A stretch of DNA of 64,000 bases from Burkholderiales bacterium (GCA_035626595.1 DASPNJ010000083.1:12795-76794); one strand, 5' to 3'; positions 34,012 to 43,128 are shown, numbered from the stretch's first letter. Program-made: numbers and translations. Notes: generated by a model not told the origin, from the letters alone.

Positions 34012-36584
34012 CCCAGCCAGCGAAGCCCGGCCCGCTCGCCGGCATCCGCGTGATCGAACTGGCGGACGAGCAGGCCGAGTACTGCGGGCTCACGCTCGCC
34101 GGTCTCGGCGCGGAAGTCATCAAGATCGAGCCGCCCGGCGGCAATTCGACGCGGCGCATCGGCCCGTTCTACGAAGACCGTGAGGGTCCCGAGCGCTCGC
34201 TCTTCTTCTGGTACTACAACCGGGGAAAGCGCTCGCTCGTGCTCGACCTCGACACAGACAAGGACCGCGAGCGGTTTCGCACGCTCGTCGCCAGCGCCGA
34301 CATCCTGCTGGAGTCCACGCCGAAAGGCACGCTCGACAAGGTCGGGTTGAGCAAGGAGATGATCCGCAGGGAGTTCCCGGCGCTGATCCACGCGCGCGTC
34401 ACGCCGTTCGGCGATGACGGACCGTGGTCGAATTTCAAGGCGTCGGACCTCGTTCATCTCGCGCTCGGCGGCGTGACGATGAACTGCGGCTACGATCCGG
34501 ATCCGAGCGGCAAGTACGATCTCCCGCCGATCGCGCCGCAGATGTGGCACGCGTACCACATCGCGGGCGAGCAGCTTTCGTTCACGATCCTCGCCGCGCT
34601 GCTCTACCGGTTCCGGACCGGAAAAGGTCAGCTCGTCTCGTGCGCGGTGCACGAGTCGGTGTCGAAATCGACCGAAGTCGATCTCATGACGTGGGTGATG
34701 CGCCGCGCGCTGGTGCTGCGCCAGACCTGCCGCCACGCGCGCGAGTCGGTATCGCCGAACCCCTCGATCGCGCATACGAAAGACGGCCGCTGGGTGATGG
34801 CGAGCCTCGGCAACCGGCCCGACGACGGCGAGCGGCTGCTCAAGCTGCTGGAGCGCTACGGTCTTGCGGGAGGCTTCGAGGTCGAGCGCATCGCCGCGCC
34901 CAAAGGCGGACGCTTCGTGCCCGGCACCGGTCCCGCGAAAGTCGGGCGCGACGAAGGCATGGAAGCCGTTCAGCGTTTCGTGCGCGCCTTCACCTACGAG
35001 AACGTCCCGTGGCGTGAAGCGCAGGAGCTCGGCATGCTGTGGGCGCCGCTCAGGAAGCCGCACGAGAACGCGATCGACCCGCACTGGCTCAAGCGCGAGA
35101 GCGTCGCCGACATCGAGCATCCGGAGCTCGGCAAGTCGTTCCGCTACCCGACCAGCAAGTGGATCTCGACCGCGAACGCGTGGACGGTCGGACGCCGCGC
35201 GCCGCTGTTGAACGAGGACGCCAGCGCGATCGAGCAGAAGGTGAAGCGCGAGACGCCGGTGATCGGCGCGAACGCACGCGTCGATCCGAAAGAGCCGCCG
35301 TCGCGCCGCGGGAAGCCCTTCCCGCTGCACGGCATCCGTATTCTCGATTTCACGTGGTTCCTCGCGTCCGCCGGCGGCACGCGCTTTCTTTCGGCGTTCG
35401 GCGCGGAGAGCATCAAGGTGGAGCTCAAGAGCCATCCCGATACGCGCCTCGCTGCGATGGCGCCGGTCGGCGGGCGTGAAGCGCGCGACAAAGCGACCGC
35501 GCCGCTGCCGGGCGTCATGGACATCAACATGGGCGGGCAGTTCAACAACAAGAACCCCGGCAAACGCGGCATCTCGCTCAACGTGCGCCACCCGAAAGGG
35601 CTGGAGATCGCAAGGCGTCTCGTCGCGATGTCCGACATCGTTGCGGAAGGTTTTTCACCGGGCGTGCTCGACAACTGGGGGCTCGGTTACGAGACGCTCA
35701 AGTCGATCCGCAAAGACATCATCTACGTGCAGCAGTCGGGCATGGGCGCGCAGGGCACGTACGGACGCTTTCGCACCGTCGGTCCGATCGCCAATGCCTT
35801 CGCGGCCCTCTCCGAGATGTCGGGGCTGCCCGAGCCCGCAATGCCTGCCGGCTGGGGATATTCCTATCTCGACTGGATGGGCGCGTTCAGCTTTTCACTC
35901 GCGATGCTCTCCGCCCTCTTCCACCGCGAGCGCACCGGCGAAGGCCAGTGGATCGACGCGTCGCAGACCGAGGTCGGCCTGTTCATCAACGGGCCGGCTC
36001 TGCTCGACTGGTCGGCAAATGGCCGTGTGTGGACGCGCATCGGCAACCGCTCGCCGTGGAAGCCGGCGGCGCCGCACAACGTCTACGCCTGCGCGGGCGA
36101 CGATCGCTGGCTCGCGATCGCGTGCTTCACCGAAGCCGAGTGGAACGCGCTGCTCAAAGTGGCCGAGCACCCGGAGTGGGGCAAGGATGCGCGTTTCGCG
36201 ACGTTGGCTGCGCGCCTCGCGCACCAGGACGCGCTCGATGCGCTGATCGGCGACTGGACGCGCACGCGCGATCCCTATCAGGCGATGTATGCGCTCCAGC
36301 AGGCGGGGGTGCCGGCCGGTGTCTGCCAGACCGCCGGCGACCGCTGCGACAACGATCCGCAGTTGAAATCCCTCGAGTGGCTCACCGAAGTCACCGGCAC
36401 GAAGATCGGCCGCTGGCCGGTCGCGGAGGTGCCGGTCAAGCTGAGCGAGAGCCCGGCGTACATCGGCGGGCGCATCGACCGCGGCGCGCCGTGCTACGGC
36501 GAGGACAACGAGTACGTGTACGGCGAGCTGTTGGGCATGTCGACGAGCGAGATTGCGAAGCTCGCGGAAGACGGGGTGATATGA
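34008..36584 (+). CDS. Tandem-fused double family III CoA-transferase (858 aa)
   Basis: Module 1: LAGIRVIELADEQAEYCGLTLAGLGAEVIKIE ... KASDLVHLALGG. Module 2: LHGIRILDFTWFLASAGGTRFLSAFGAESIKVE ... TVGPIANAFAALS. GTG start overlaps the gfa stop (GTGA), with AAGGGGG upstream. Confidence 0.85.
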   Translation: MTQPAKPGPLAGIRVIELADEQAEYCGLTLAGLGAEVIKIEPPGGNSTRRIGPFYEDREGPERSLFFWYYNRGKRSLVLDLDTDKDRERFRTLVASADILLESTPKGTLDKVGLSKEMIRREFPALIHARVTPFGDDGPWSNFKASDLVHLALGGVTMNCGYDPDPSGKYDLPPIAPQMWHAYHIAGEQLSFTILAALLYRFRTGKGQLVSCAVHESVSKSTEVDLMTWVMRRALVLRQTCRHARESVSPNPSIAHTKDGRWVMASLGNRPDDGERLLKLLERYGLAGGFEVERIAAPKGGRFVPGTGPAKVGRDEGMEAVQRFVRAFTYENVPWREAQELGMLWAPLRKPHENAIDPHWLKRESVADIEHPELGKSFRYPTSKWISTANAWTVGRRAPLLNEDASAIEQKVKRETPVIGANARVDPKEPPSRRGKPFPLHGIRILDFTWFLASAGGTRFLSAFGAESIKVELKSHPDTRLAAMAPVGGREARDKATAPLPGVMDINMGGQFNNKNPGKRGISLNVRHPKGLEIARRLVAMSDIVAEGFSPGVLDNWGLGYETLKSIRKDIIYVQQSGMGAQGTYGRFRTVGPIANAFAALSEMSGLPEPAMPAGWGYSYLDWMGAFSFSLAMLSALFHRERTGEGQWIDASQTEVGLFINGPALLDWSANGRVWTRIGNRSPWKPAAPHNVYACAGDDRWLAIACFTEAEWNALLKVAEHPEWGKDARFATLAARLAHQDALDALIGDWTRTRDPYQAMYALQQAGVPAGVCQTAGDRCDNDPQLKSLEWLTEVTGTKIGRWPVAEVPVKLSESPAYIGGRIDRGAPCYGEDNEYVYGELLGMSTSEIAKLAEDGVI

Positions 36585-37741
36585 AACCGGTCCTGTACAG
36601 CGCGGTCGACGACGAGATCACGCGCTACGAAATCGATCTCGAAACGGCGACGCTCGCGCGGCGCGAATCGATCAACGTGCCCTCGTTCGTGCAGTACGCC
36701 TGGCCGCATCCGTCGAAGCGCTGGCTCTACGTCACGACCAGTAACCGCGGCCCGGGACTGAAATCCGATCACAACCATGTGAGCGCGTACCGTATCGATC
36801 CGCAGAGCGGCGCCCTCACGGCGCACGGAGACGCGGTGCGACTGCCGCATCGCGCCACGCACATGTGCGTGGACCCGGCGGGCGAGTACACCCTGAACGC
36901 GCACAACGTGCCGAGCCCCAGCGTCAGCGTGCACCGGCTCAACGCCGACGGCACGATCGGCGCGCCCGTCGAGCAGCCGGCGGGACTCGACTGGGGTATC
37001 TACCCGCACCAGGTGAGGATGACGCCGTCCGGCCGCACGACCGTCGTCGTGGATCGCGGCAACAGCGCACACGATGGCAGGCCCGAAGATCCCGGTGCAT
37101 TGCGATCGTTCGCATTCGACGCCGGGCGCCTCTCGGGAAAACAGGTCGTCGCGCCGAACGGCGGCTACGGCTTCGGCCCGCGCCATGTCGATTTCCACCC
37201 GACGCAGCCGTGGATGTACGTCGCGGACGAGAAGCGCAGTCAGCTCTACCTGTTTCGGATGCCCGCAGACAGGCTGGAACCGCAGCCTGCATTCACGCGC
37301 GACACGCTGGCCGACCGTGCAAACGTGAAGCCGCGGCAGCTCGCCGGAACGGTTCACGTGCATCCGAACGGACGCACGGTCTACGTCGCCAATCGTGCCG
37401 ATTACCGCGTCGATCGTGAGGGCACGAAAGTATTCGGCGGCGGCGAGAACAGCATCGCCGTGTTCTCGATCGATCCGGTCAGCGGTGAACCGGTCCCGGT
37501 ACAGCACGCGCAGACGCACTCGTACCACGTGCGCACCTTCGCGCTCGATCCAAGCGGCAGCATGATGGTCGCGGCGAGCATCAAACCGATGGACGTGCGC
37601 GACGGTGCGAGCGTGGTCACCGTTGCCGCAGCGCTGTCGGTCTTTCGTGTCGGCGGGGACGGCAAGCTCGAATTCATCCGCAAGTACGACGTGGACACGA
37701 GCGGCGGCCGCACGCAGTACTGGATGGGCATCGTCGGATGA
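36581..37741 (+). CDS. Seven-bladed beta-propeller lactonase family protein
   Basis: 386 aa: repeated strand-turn pattern, HVHPNGRTVYVANR, SIAVFSIDPVSGE. ATGA overlap with the upstream gene. Paralogue of 50417..51586. Confidence 0.75.
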   Translation: MKPVLYSAVDDEITRYEIDLETATLARRESINVPSFVQYAWPHPSKRWLYVTTSNRGPGLKSDHNHVSAYRIDPQSGALTAHGDAVRLPHRATHMCVDPAGEYTLNAHNVPSPSVSVHRLNADGTIGAPVEQPAGLDWGIYPHQVRMTPSGRTTVVVDRGNSAHDGRPEDPGALRSFAFDAGRLSGKQVVAPNGGYGFGPRHVDFHPTQPWMYVADEKRSQLYLFRMPADRLEPQPAFTRDTLADRANVKPRQLAGTVHVHPNGRTVYVANRADYRVDREGTKVFGGGENSIAVFSIDPVSGEPVPVQHAQTHSYHVRTFALDPSGSMMVAASIKPMDVRDGASVVTVAAALSVFRVGGDGKLEFIRKYDVDTSGGRTQYWMGIVG

Positions 37742-38592
37742 GCTCGCGGTTTCTCGACCTCTACTTCGAGCGCATCCGGTTCGAGGGCTCGCCGCGCGCC
37801 GATCTCGAGACGCTGCGCGAGCTGCATCTACTGCACCTCCAGCACATCCCTTATGAGAACGTCGATGTGTTCTGTCAGCAGGGCGTCAAACTGGATCCGG
37901 AAGCGCTGACGCAGAAAATGCTGCTGAGACGGCGCGGCGGTTACTGTTTCGAGCAGAACGGTCTCTTTCTCATGGCGCTGACGGAGATCGGCTTCAAGTG
38001 CCGGCCGAACCTCGCGCGCGTCCACCGCAACCGTCCGCAGCCCGGCGGGCGCACGCACCACATCAACCTGGTGGCGCTCGACGGCCGGACGTGGGTGTGC
38101 GACGTGGGATTCGGAGGCTCGGCTTTCAGGCATCCCGTACCGCTCGAGGCCGGGGTCGAGATCGAGCAGATGGGCGAGCGCTTCCGGCTGCACGAGGACC
38201 GCGAGCACGGTTTCTATCTCCTCAAGCAGATCGGCAGCGAGTGGCAGCCGCAGTATACGTTCAAGATCGACACCGCCTTGCCGATCGACATGGCCATGGC
38301 GAATTTCTATACGTCGAAGAGCGCAGATCACGTTTTTCTGAACGCGATCGTCGGCACGCGAATGACCGAGCGCGGACGCGTGACGCTGAGCGACCACACG
38401 TTCAAGGTGTTCGATCTCACGCGAGGCCGCATGAAGCGCGAGACCGTCACCGACTTCGACGCGTACGTCGGTAAACTCGAGGAGCATCTCGGCGTATATC
38501 TGAATGACACCGAGACGAGACTGTTCCGGCAGCGCTTCGCGACGCTCAAACCGCCGGAGATCCAACCGGCCATCGAAGAGACGAACCTATGA
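37738..38592 (+). CDS. Arylamine N-acetyltransferase (NAT) family protein
   Basis: HLQHIPYENVDV, RRGGYCFEQNGLF (catalytic Cys), HINLVAL ... CDVGFGG (His/Asp). ATGA overlap upstream. Confidence 0.85.
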   Translation: MSSRFLDLYFERIRFEGSPRADLETLRELHLLHLQHIPYENVDVFCQQGVKLDPEALTQKMLLRRRGGYCFEQNGLFLMALTEIGFKCRPNLARVHRNRPQPGGRTHHINLVALDGRTWVCDVGFGGSAFRHPVPLEAGVEIEQMGERFRLHEDREHGFYLLKQIGSEWQPQYTFKIDTALPIDMAMANFYTSKSADHVFLNAIVGTRMTERGRVTLSDHTFKVFDLTRGRMKRETVTDFDAYVGKLEEHLGVYLNDTETRLFRQRFATLKPPEIQPAIEETNL

Positions 38593-39998
38593 TGAATGAC
38601 GCGCTGAAAACGATACTGCCGATCGGCGGCTGGACCGAAGGACGCACCGCCGACATCGAGATCACCGGCGGGACCGACCCCGTGCTGCCGACGTCATTCC
38701 GCATCACCGAGACCAGCACCGCCACGCTCGCCGCGGTCGGCCTCGCGGTTTCGGACCTGTGGGAGATCCGCACGGGACGCCGGCAGCAGATCGGCATCGA
38801 CGCGCGCCGCGCCACAGCGTCGCTGCGGAGCGGCCATTACCTCAAGCTCGAAGGCGAGAAGATCTCCCCCGCGCCGCATTCGATCATGGGCATCTATCCC
38901 GCAAAGAACGGGCGCTTCAGCTACGTTCACGCCAATTTCCCGAATCACCGCGATGCCGCGTTGAAAGTGCTCGGCGTGCCCGAAGACCGCGCAGCGGTGC
39001 GCAAGGCGGTGGCGCAGTGGGACGCGCAAGAGCTCGAGGAAGCGATCATCGCCGCGAAAGGCGCGGGCGGCATGGTGCGCACGATGGACGAGTGGGCGGC
39101 GCATCCGCAGGGCATCGCGGTGGCGGGTCTGCCGCTCATGGAGATCATCAAGATCGGCGAGAGCGCGCCGGAGCCGCTGCCGCCGGGCGATCGCCCGCTG
39201 TCGGGCATACGCGTGCTCGATCTGACGCGCGTCATCGCGGGGCCGACGTGCGCGCGCACCCTCGCCGAGCACGGCGCCGACGTGCTGAAGATCACCGCAA
39301 AACACCTGCCGAGCCTCGGCCGGCAGGAGTTCGATACCGGCCACGGCAAGCTGTCGGCGTATCTCGATCTGCGCGAGGAGAAAGACCGGGAGACACTTCG
39401 CGGGCTCGTGCGCGAAGCCGATGTGTTCTCGCAGGGCTACCGGCCGGGCACGCTCGGCAGCCGCGGCTTCTCGCCGGAAGCGCTCGCGGCGCTGCGTCCC
39501 GGGATCGTCGTCGTTTCGCTCTGCGCGTTCAGTCACGCCGGGCCGTGGGCGTCGCGCCGCGGCTTCGACACCGTCATCCAGACGGTGAGCGGCATCGTGC
39601 ACCGGCAGGGCCAGCTCTTCCCCGGAGACGAGCCCGGGCCGCAGTTCTATCCGGTGTCGGCGATCGATTTCCTCACCGGTTACCTGATGGCGATGGGATC
39701 GATGATCGCGCTCGCGCGCCGCACGCGCGAAGGCGGAAGCTGGCTCGTGCGCATTTCGCTCGCGCAGGTCGGGCGCTGGCTCGTTCAGCGCGGGGAAGTT
39801 CCGGAGTCGGCACTGAAGGACGTCGCGAAAGACTTCACACCCGCCGAGCTCGACCGCTGGTCGACGGCGAGCGACACGCCGGTCGGCCGCCTGCAGCACC
39901 TCGCGCCGGTGCTTCAGCTCTCGGAAACACCCGCGCGCTGGGCGCGGCCGACGGTGCCGCTCGGCTATCACGAGCCGGTCTGGCCGCCGCGCAGCTGA
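38589..39998 (+). CDS. Family III CoA-transferase with a ~190-aa N-terminal extension
   Basis: LSGIRVLDLTRVIAGPTCARTLAEHGADVLKI ... RGFDTVIQTVSG begins only at about residue 195. ATGA overlap upstream. Confidence 0.85.
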   Translation: MMNDALKTILPIGGWTEGRTADIEITGGTDPVLPTSFRITETSTATLAAVGLAVSDLWEIRTGRRQQIGIDARRATASLRSGHYLKLEGEKISPAPHSIMGIYPAKNGRFSYVHANFPNHRDAALKVLGVPEDRAAVRKAVAQWDAQELEEAIIAAKGAGGMVRTMDEWAAHPQGIAVAGLPLMEIIKIGESAPEPLPPGDRPLSGIRVLDLTRVIAGPTCARTLAEHGADVLKITAKHLPSLGRQEFDTGHGKLSAYLDLREEKDRETLRGLVREADVFSQGYRPGTLGSRGFSPEALAALRPGIVVVSLCAFSHAGPWASRRGFDTVIQTVSGIVHRQGQLFPGDEPGPQFYPVSAIDFLTGYLMAMGSMIALARRTREGGSWLVRISLAQVGRWLVQRGEVPESALKDVAKDFTPAELDRWSTASDTPVGRLQHLAPVLQLSETPARWARPTVPLGYHEPVWPPRS

Positions 39999-40020
39999 TC
40001 GTCATCCGCGCGAAAAAATC

Positions 40021-40120
40021 GTCATTCCCGCGCAGGCGGGAATCCAGAAACACACATCGGTGAATCCCGCGTAAGCGGGAACCCGGACTTTCCTAGACCC
40101 CCCGCCTTCGCGGGGGTGAC
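40021..40120. repeat. Cluster of three family B hairpins
   Basis: GTCATTCCCGCGCAGGCGGGAATCCAG (40021-40047), GAATCCCGCGTAAGCGGGAACCC (40062-40084), GACCCCCCGCCTTCGCGGGGGTGAC (40096-40120). Lies between convergent stops 39998 and 40154. Confidence 0.85.
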
Positions 40121-40153
40121 GGCTAATCCGCGTCACGAAATCAGCGCGACGAC

Positions 40154-41086
40154 TCATCGCCGCGTATTCGACTCCAGCGCTTCCTTGCGATCGGCGGCGT
40201 TCTCGTTGCCGCGGCCGTGCGTTCGGCCGTCCTCGCTCGGTTCGTAAAGCGCGCCTTCGCGCGCGTGCGGCGGCTCGTCGCGCTGCTGGCGTCCCATCTG
40301 CTGCTTCGCCATGAGATCGCCCAGGCGCGGCGCGATCTTCGCCATGGCCGTATTCATCTTCGACATCGCGCCGACTTTCACGTGGATCGCGGGATCGACC
40401 GCGGCATCGAGAATCGCGCTCGCGACTCTCTCCGGCTCGAGCTGCGGCGTCGGCAGCTTCGGCTCCTGCGAGAGATAGTTAGCCGCATGCTCGGGGTACG
40501 GCGTATCGACAGCGGTCGGCTGAATCAGCGTGACCGACACCGGCGCGTCGTCCGCCTTGAGCTCGATGCGCAGCGCGTCGGTGAAGCCTTTCACCGCGTG
40601 CTTGCTCGCCGAGTACATACCCTGCAACGGCAGCGCGGCTTCCGAGGTCTCGCTGCCGATGTTGATGAGCGCACCGCCCTGGCGCTTCAGGTACGGCAGC
40701 GCCACCAGCGACCCGTAGACCACGCCCCAGAAATTCGTCTCGAACAGCCGCCGGTTGTCCTCATCGTCCACCTGGTCGAGACGGCCGTAGATCGAGATGC
40801 CGGCGTCGTTCACCCAGGTATCGATGCGGCCGTAGCGATCGACCGCCGCCTGCGCAACGCGCTCCAGCGCGGGACGGTCGGCCACGTCGGCGGGAATCGA
40901 GATCGCGTGGCCGCCCGCCGCGACGATGTCCTCGGCGATCTCGGCAAGCGTGTGCGCGCTGCGCGCCGTAAGCACCACCTTCGCGCCCTCCTCCGCCGCC
41001 GCGAGCGCGGTGGCAAGACCGATCCCGCTGGAGGCGCCGGTGATGACGATGACTTGTTCGTCGAGCGGTTTGAGAGAGACGGCCAT
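40154..41086 (-). CDS. Short-chain dehydrogenase/reductase (SDR) with C-terminal extension
   Basis: VIVITGASSGIGLATA ... MYSASKHAVKG. The ATG at 41086 was chosen over the 381-aa Arg/Ser-rich extension. Confidence 0.85.
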   Translation of the reverse strand: MAVSLKPLDEQVIVITGASSGIGLATALAAAEEGAKVVLTARSAHTLAEIAEDIVAAGGHAISIPADVADRPALERVAQAAVDRYGRIDTWVNDAGISIYGRLDQVDDEDNRRLFETNFWGVVYGSLVALPYLKRQGGALINIGSETSEAALPLQGMYSASKHAVKGFTDALRIELKADDAPVSVTLIQPTAVDTPYPEHAANYLSQEPKLPTPQLEPERVASAILDAAVDPAIHVKVGAMSKMNTAMAKIAPRLGDLMAKQQMGRQQRDEPPHAREGALYEPSEDGRTHGRGNENAADRKEALESNTRR

Positions 41087-41147
41087 GCGTGAGCTCCGGA
41101 AGGTGATGGTCAACTTCCGGGAGCACGCAACGGCCGTACCTTTGTTG

Positions 41148-42110
41148 TCACTGCATCGCGATGTGCGCTCTGCGCGCGACGCCGGCCCACTTCGTTTTCT
41201 CGGACGCGAAGTACTGCGCGAACTCCTCGGGCGTCGTCGGCGTGGCGTTGAGCCCCTGCTCGGCGTAGACCTTGAGCACCTTCGGCAGCCTGAGCGCATC
41301 GACTGCGGCCTTGTGGATCTTGGCCACGATCGGCCGCGGCGTGCCCGTGGGGGCGAACAGGCCGTACCACGCCGCGTACTCGTAGCCTTTCACGCCCGAT
41401 TCGTCGAGCGTGGGCACGTCGGGCAGCGGACCCGCGCGCTTCAGGGTCGTCACGGCATAAGCACGCAGCCGGCCGTTCTTCACATGCGGGAGCGCGGAGG
41501 CGAAGGTCGATTGATTCATCGTGGTCTCGCCGCTGAGCAGCGCGTTCAATGCCGGGCCCGTGCCCTTGAACGGCACGTGCAGCGCCCGCGCGTCTATCCG
41601 CTGCAGGAGCATTTCGGTGCCCAGATGCGAGCCGGTGCCGATGCCGGCGCTGCCGAACGTGAACTTACCCTGCGACGAGCGCAGCAGCGCGACGAGCTCC
41701 TTGAAATCCTTCGCGGGCATCGAAGGATGCGAAACGAGGATGCTCGGCTGGTCGGACACACGCGTGATCGGCGTGAGGTCGCGCTGCGCGTCGAACGGAA
41801 GCTCGCGGTAGACCGCCGGGTTGATCGTGAGGCTGATCGTGCCCAGCAGCAGCGTGTAGCCGTCGGGCATCGCTTTCGCCGCGAGGTTCGAGCCCAGCGT
41901 GCTGCCCGCACCCGGACGATTATCGATGACGATCGTCTGACCGAGCGTGTTGCCGATCGGCTCGGCGAGGATGCGCGCGTTGATGTCGGTGCCGCCGCCG
42001 GGCGCGAACGGCACGATCAGGCGGATCGGCCGCTCGGGATAGCGCTCGGCGGCCGCATCGGGTGCTGCGAGCAGCAGGGGTGAGAACAACAGAGGGACGA
42101 TGCGATTCAT
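41148..42110 (-). CDS. Bug family (TctC-like) substrate-binding protein
   Basis: YPERPIRLIVPFAPGGGTD ... IDNRPGAGS ... VPFKGTGP. Confidence 0.9.
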   Translation of the reverse strand: MNRIVPLLFSPLLLAAPDAAAERYPERPIRLIVPFAPGGGTDINARILAEPIGNTLGQTIVIDNRPGAGSTLGSNLAAKAMPDGYTLLLGTISLTINPAVYRELPFDAQRDLTPITRVSDQPSILVSHPSMPAKDFKELVALLRSSQGKFTFGSAGIGTGSHLGTEMLLQRIDARALHVPFKGTGPALNALLSGETTMNQSTFASALPHVKNGRLRAYAVTTLKRAGPLPDVPTLDESGVKGYEYAAWYGLFAPTGTPRPIVAKIHKAAVDALRLPKVLKVYAEQGLNATPTTPEEFAQYFASEKTKWAGVARRAHIAMQ

Positions 42111-42159
42111 GATGGCTCCTCGTCATCGTGGGCCCTCCCTGGTCCGGCGTATTCTGCGC

Positions 42160-43128
42160 CTACATGCGGGCGATGTGTGCGTCGCGCACGACGCCCGACC
42201 ACTTCCGCGTCTCACCGGCGATGTAGCGCGCGAACTCCTGCGGCGTCGTCGGGATCGCATTCAGCCCCTGCTGGGCGTACACCTTCAGGACCGCGGGCGA
42301 GCGCAGTGCGTCAACCGCCGCCTTGTGGACCTTGTCCACTACGCTCTGCGGAGTGCCGGCGGGTGCGAAGAGACCGTACCAGGTCGCGTACTCGTAGTCC
42401 GGCACGCCTGCTTCCGCGAGCGTCGGCACCTCCGGCAGCGGGCCCGCGCGCTTCGCCGTGGTCACCGCGTACGCGCGCAGCCGTCCCTGCTTCACGTGCG
42501 GCAGCGCCGACGCGAACGTGGACATGTAGGTCGTGATCTCCTGCCCGAGCAGCGCGGTCAGCGCGGGGCCCGTGCCCTTGAACGGCACGTGCAGCATCTT
42601 CAGGTTCGCCCTGAGCCACAGCATCTCGCTTGCGAGACGCGTTCCGGTACCGGCGCCGGGGCTGCCGAAGCTGTACTTCCCGGGCGCAGCCTGGACCATC
42701 GCGACGAACTCCTTGAACGTCCGCGCCGGCAGCGACGGATGCACCACCACAATGCTGGGCTGATCCGACACGCGGGTGATCGGCGCGAGATCGCGCTGCG
42801 GATCGAACGGCATTTCGCGATACACCGCGGTATTCACGGTGAGGCTGGTCGTGCCGATGAGCAGCGTGTAGCCGTCGGGCTCCGCTTTCGCCACGATCGA
42901 CGAGCCGAGCATGCTGCCGGCGCCGGGCCGATTGTCTATGACGATGGTCTGGCCGAGGTTGTTGCCCATCGGGTCGGCCAGAATGCGGGCATTGATATCC
43001 GTGCCGCCGCCCGGCGAGAACGGCACGATCAGGCGAATGGGACGCTCAGGGTACGAACCAGCGAGTGCGGGCGATGCGGCGCAGAACGCGCACAGCGACA
43101 GGAAGGCTACGCGGACGACTTGCACCAT
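42160..43128 (-). CDS. Bug family (TctC-like) substrate-binding protein, tandem paralogue
   Basis: YPERPIRLIVPFSPGGGTD ... IDNRPGAGS ... VPFKGTGP. By eye, roughly two thirds of residues are identical to 41148..42110. Confidence 0.9.
   Translation of the reverse strand: MVQVVRVAFLSLCAFCAASPALAGSYPERPIRLIVPFSPGGGTDINARILADPMGNNLGQTIVIDNRPGAGSMLGSSIVAKAEPDGYTLLIGTTSLTVNTAVYREMPFDPQRDLAPITRVSDQPSIVVVHPSLPARTFKEFVAMVQAAPGKYSFGSPGAGTGTRLASEMLWLRANLKMLHVPFKGTGPALTALLGQEITTYMSTFASALPHVKQGRLRAYAVTTAKRAGPLPEVPTLAEAGVPDYEYATWYGLFAPAGTPQSVVDKVHKAAVDALRSPAVLKVYAQQGLNAIPTTPQEFARYIAGETRKWSGVVRDAHIARM

Noticed and set aside
33876-35591. Long antisense or alternative-frame ORFs across the window (for example 33876..35591-, 1055..2206-, 47117..48820+, 52383..53900-, 56482..58407-, 60535..61758+, 10416..11459-)
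   Set aside because: All overlap genes with clear family motifs on the other strand or frame. They have Arg/Ala/Gly/Pro-dominated compositions and show no recognisable domains.
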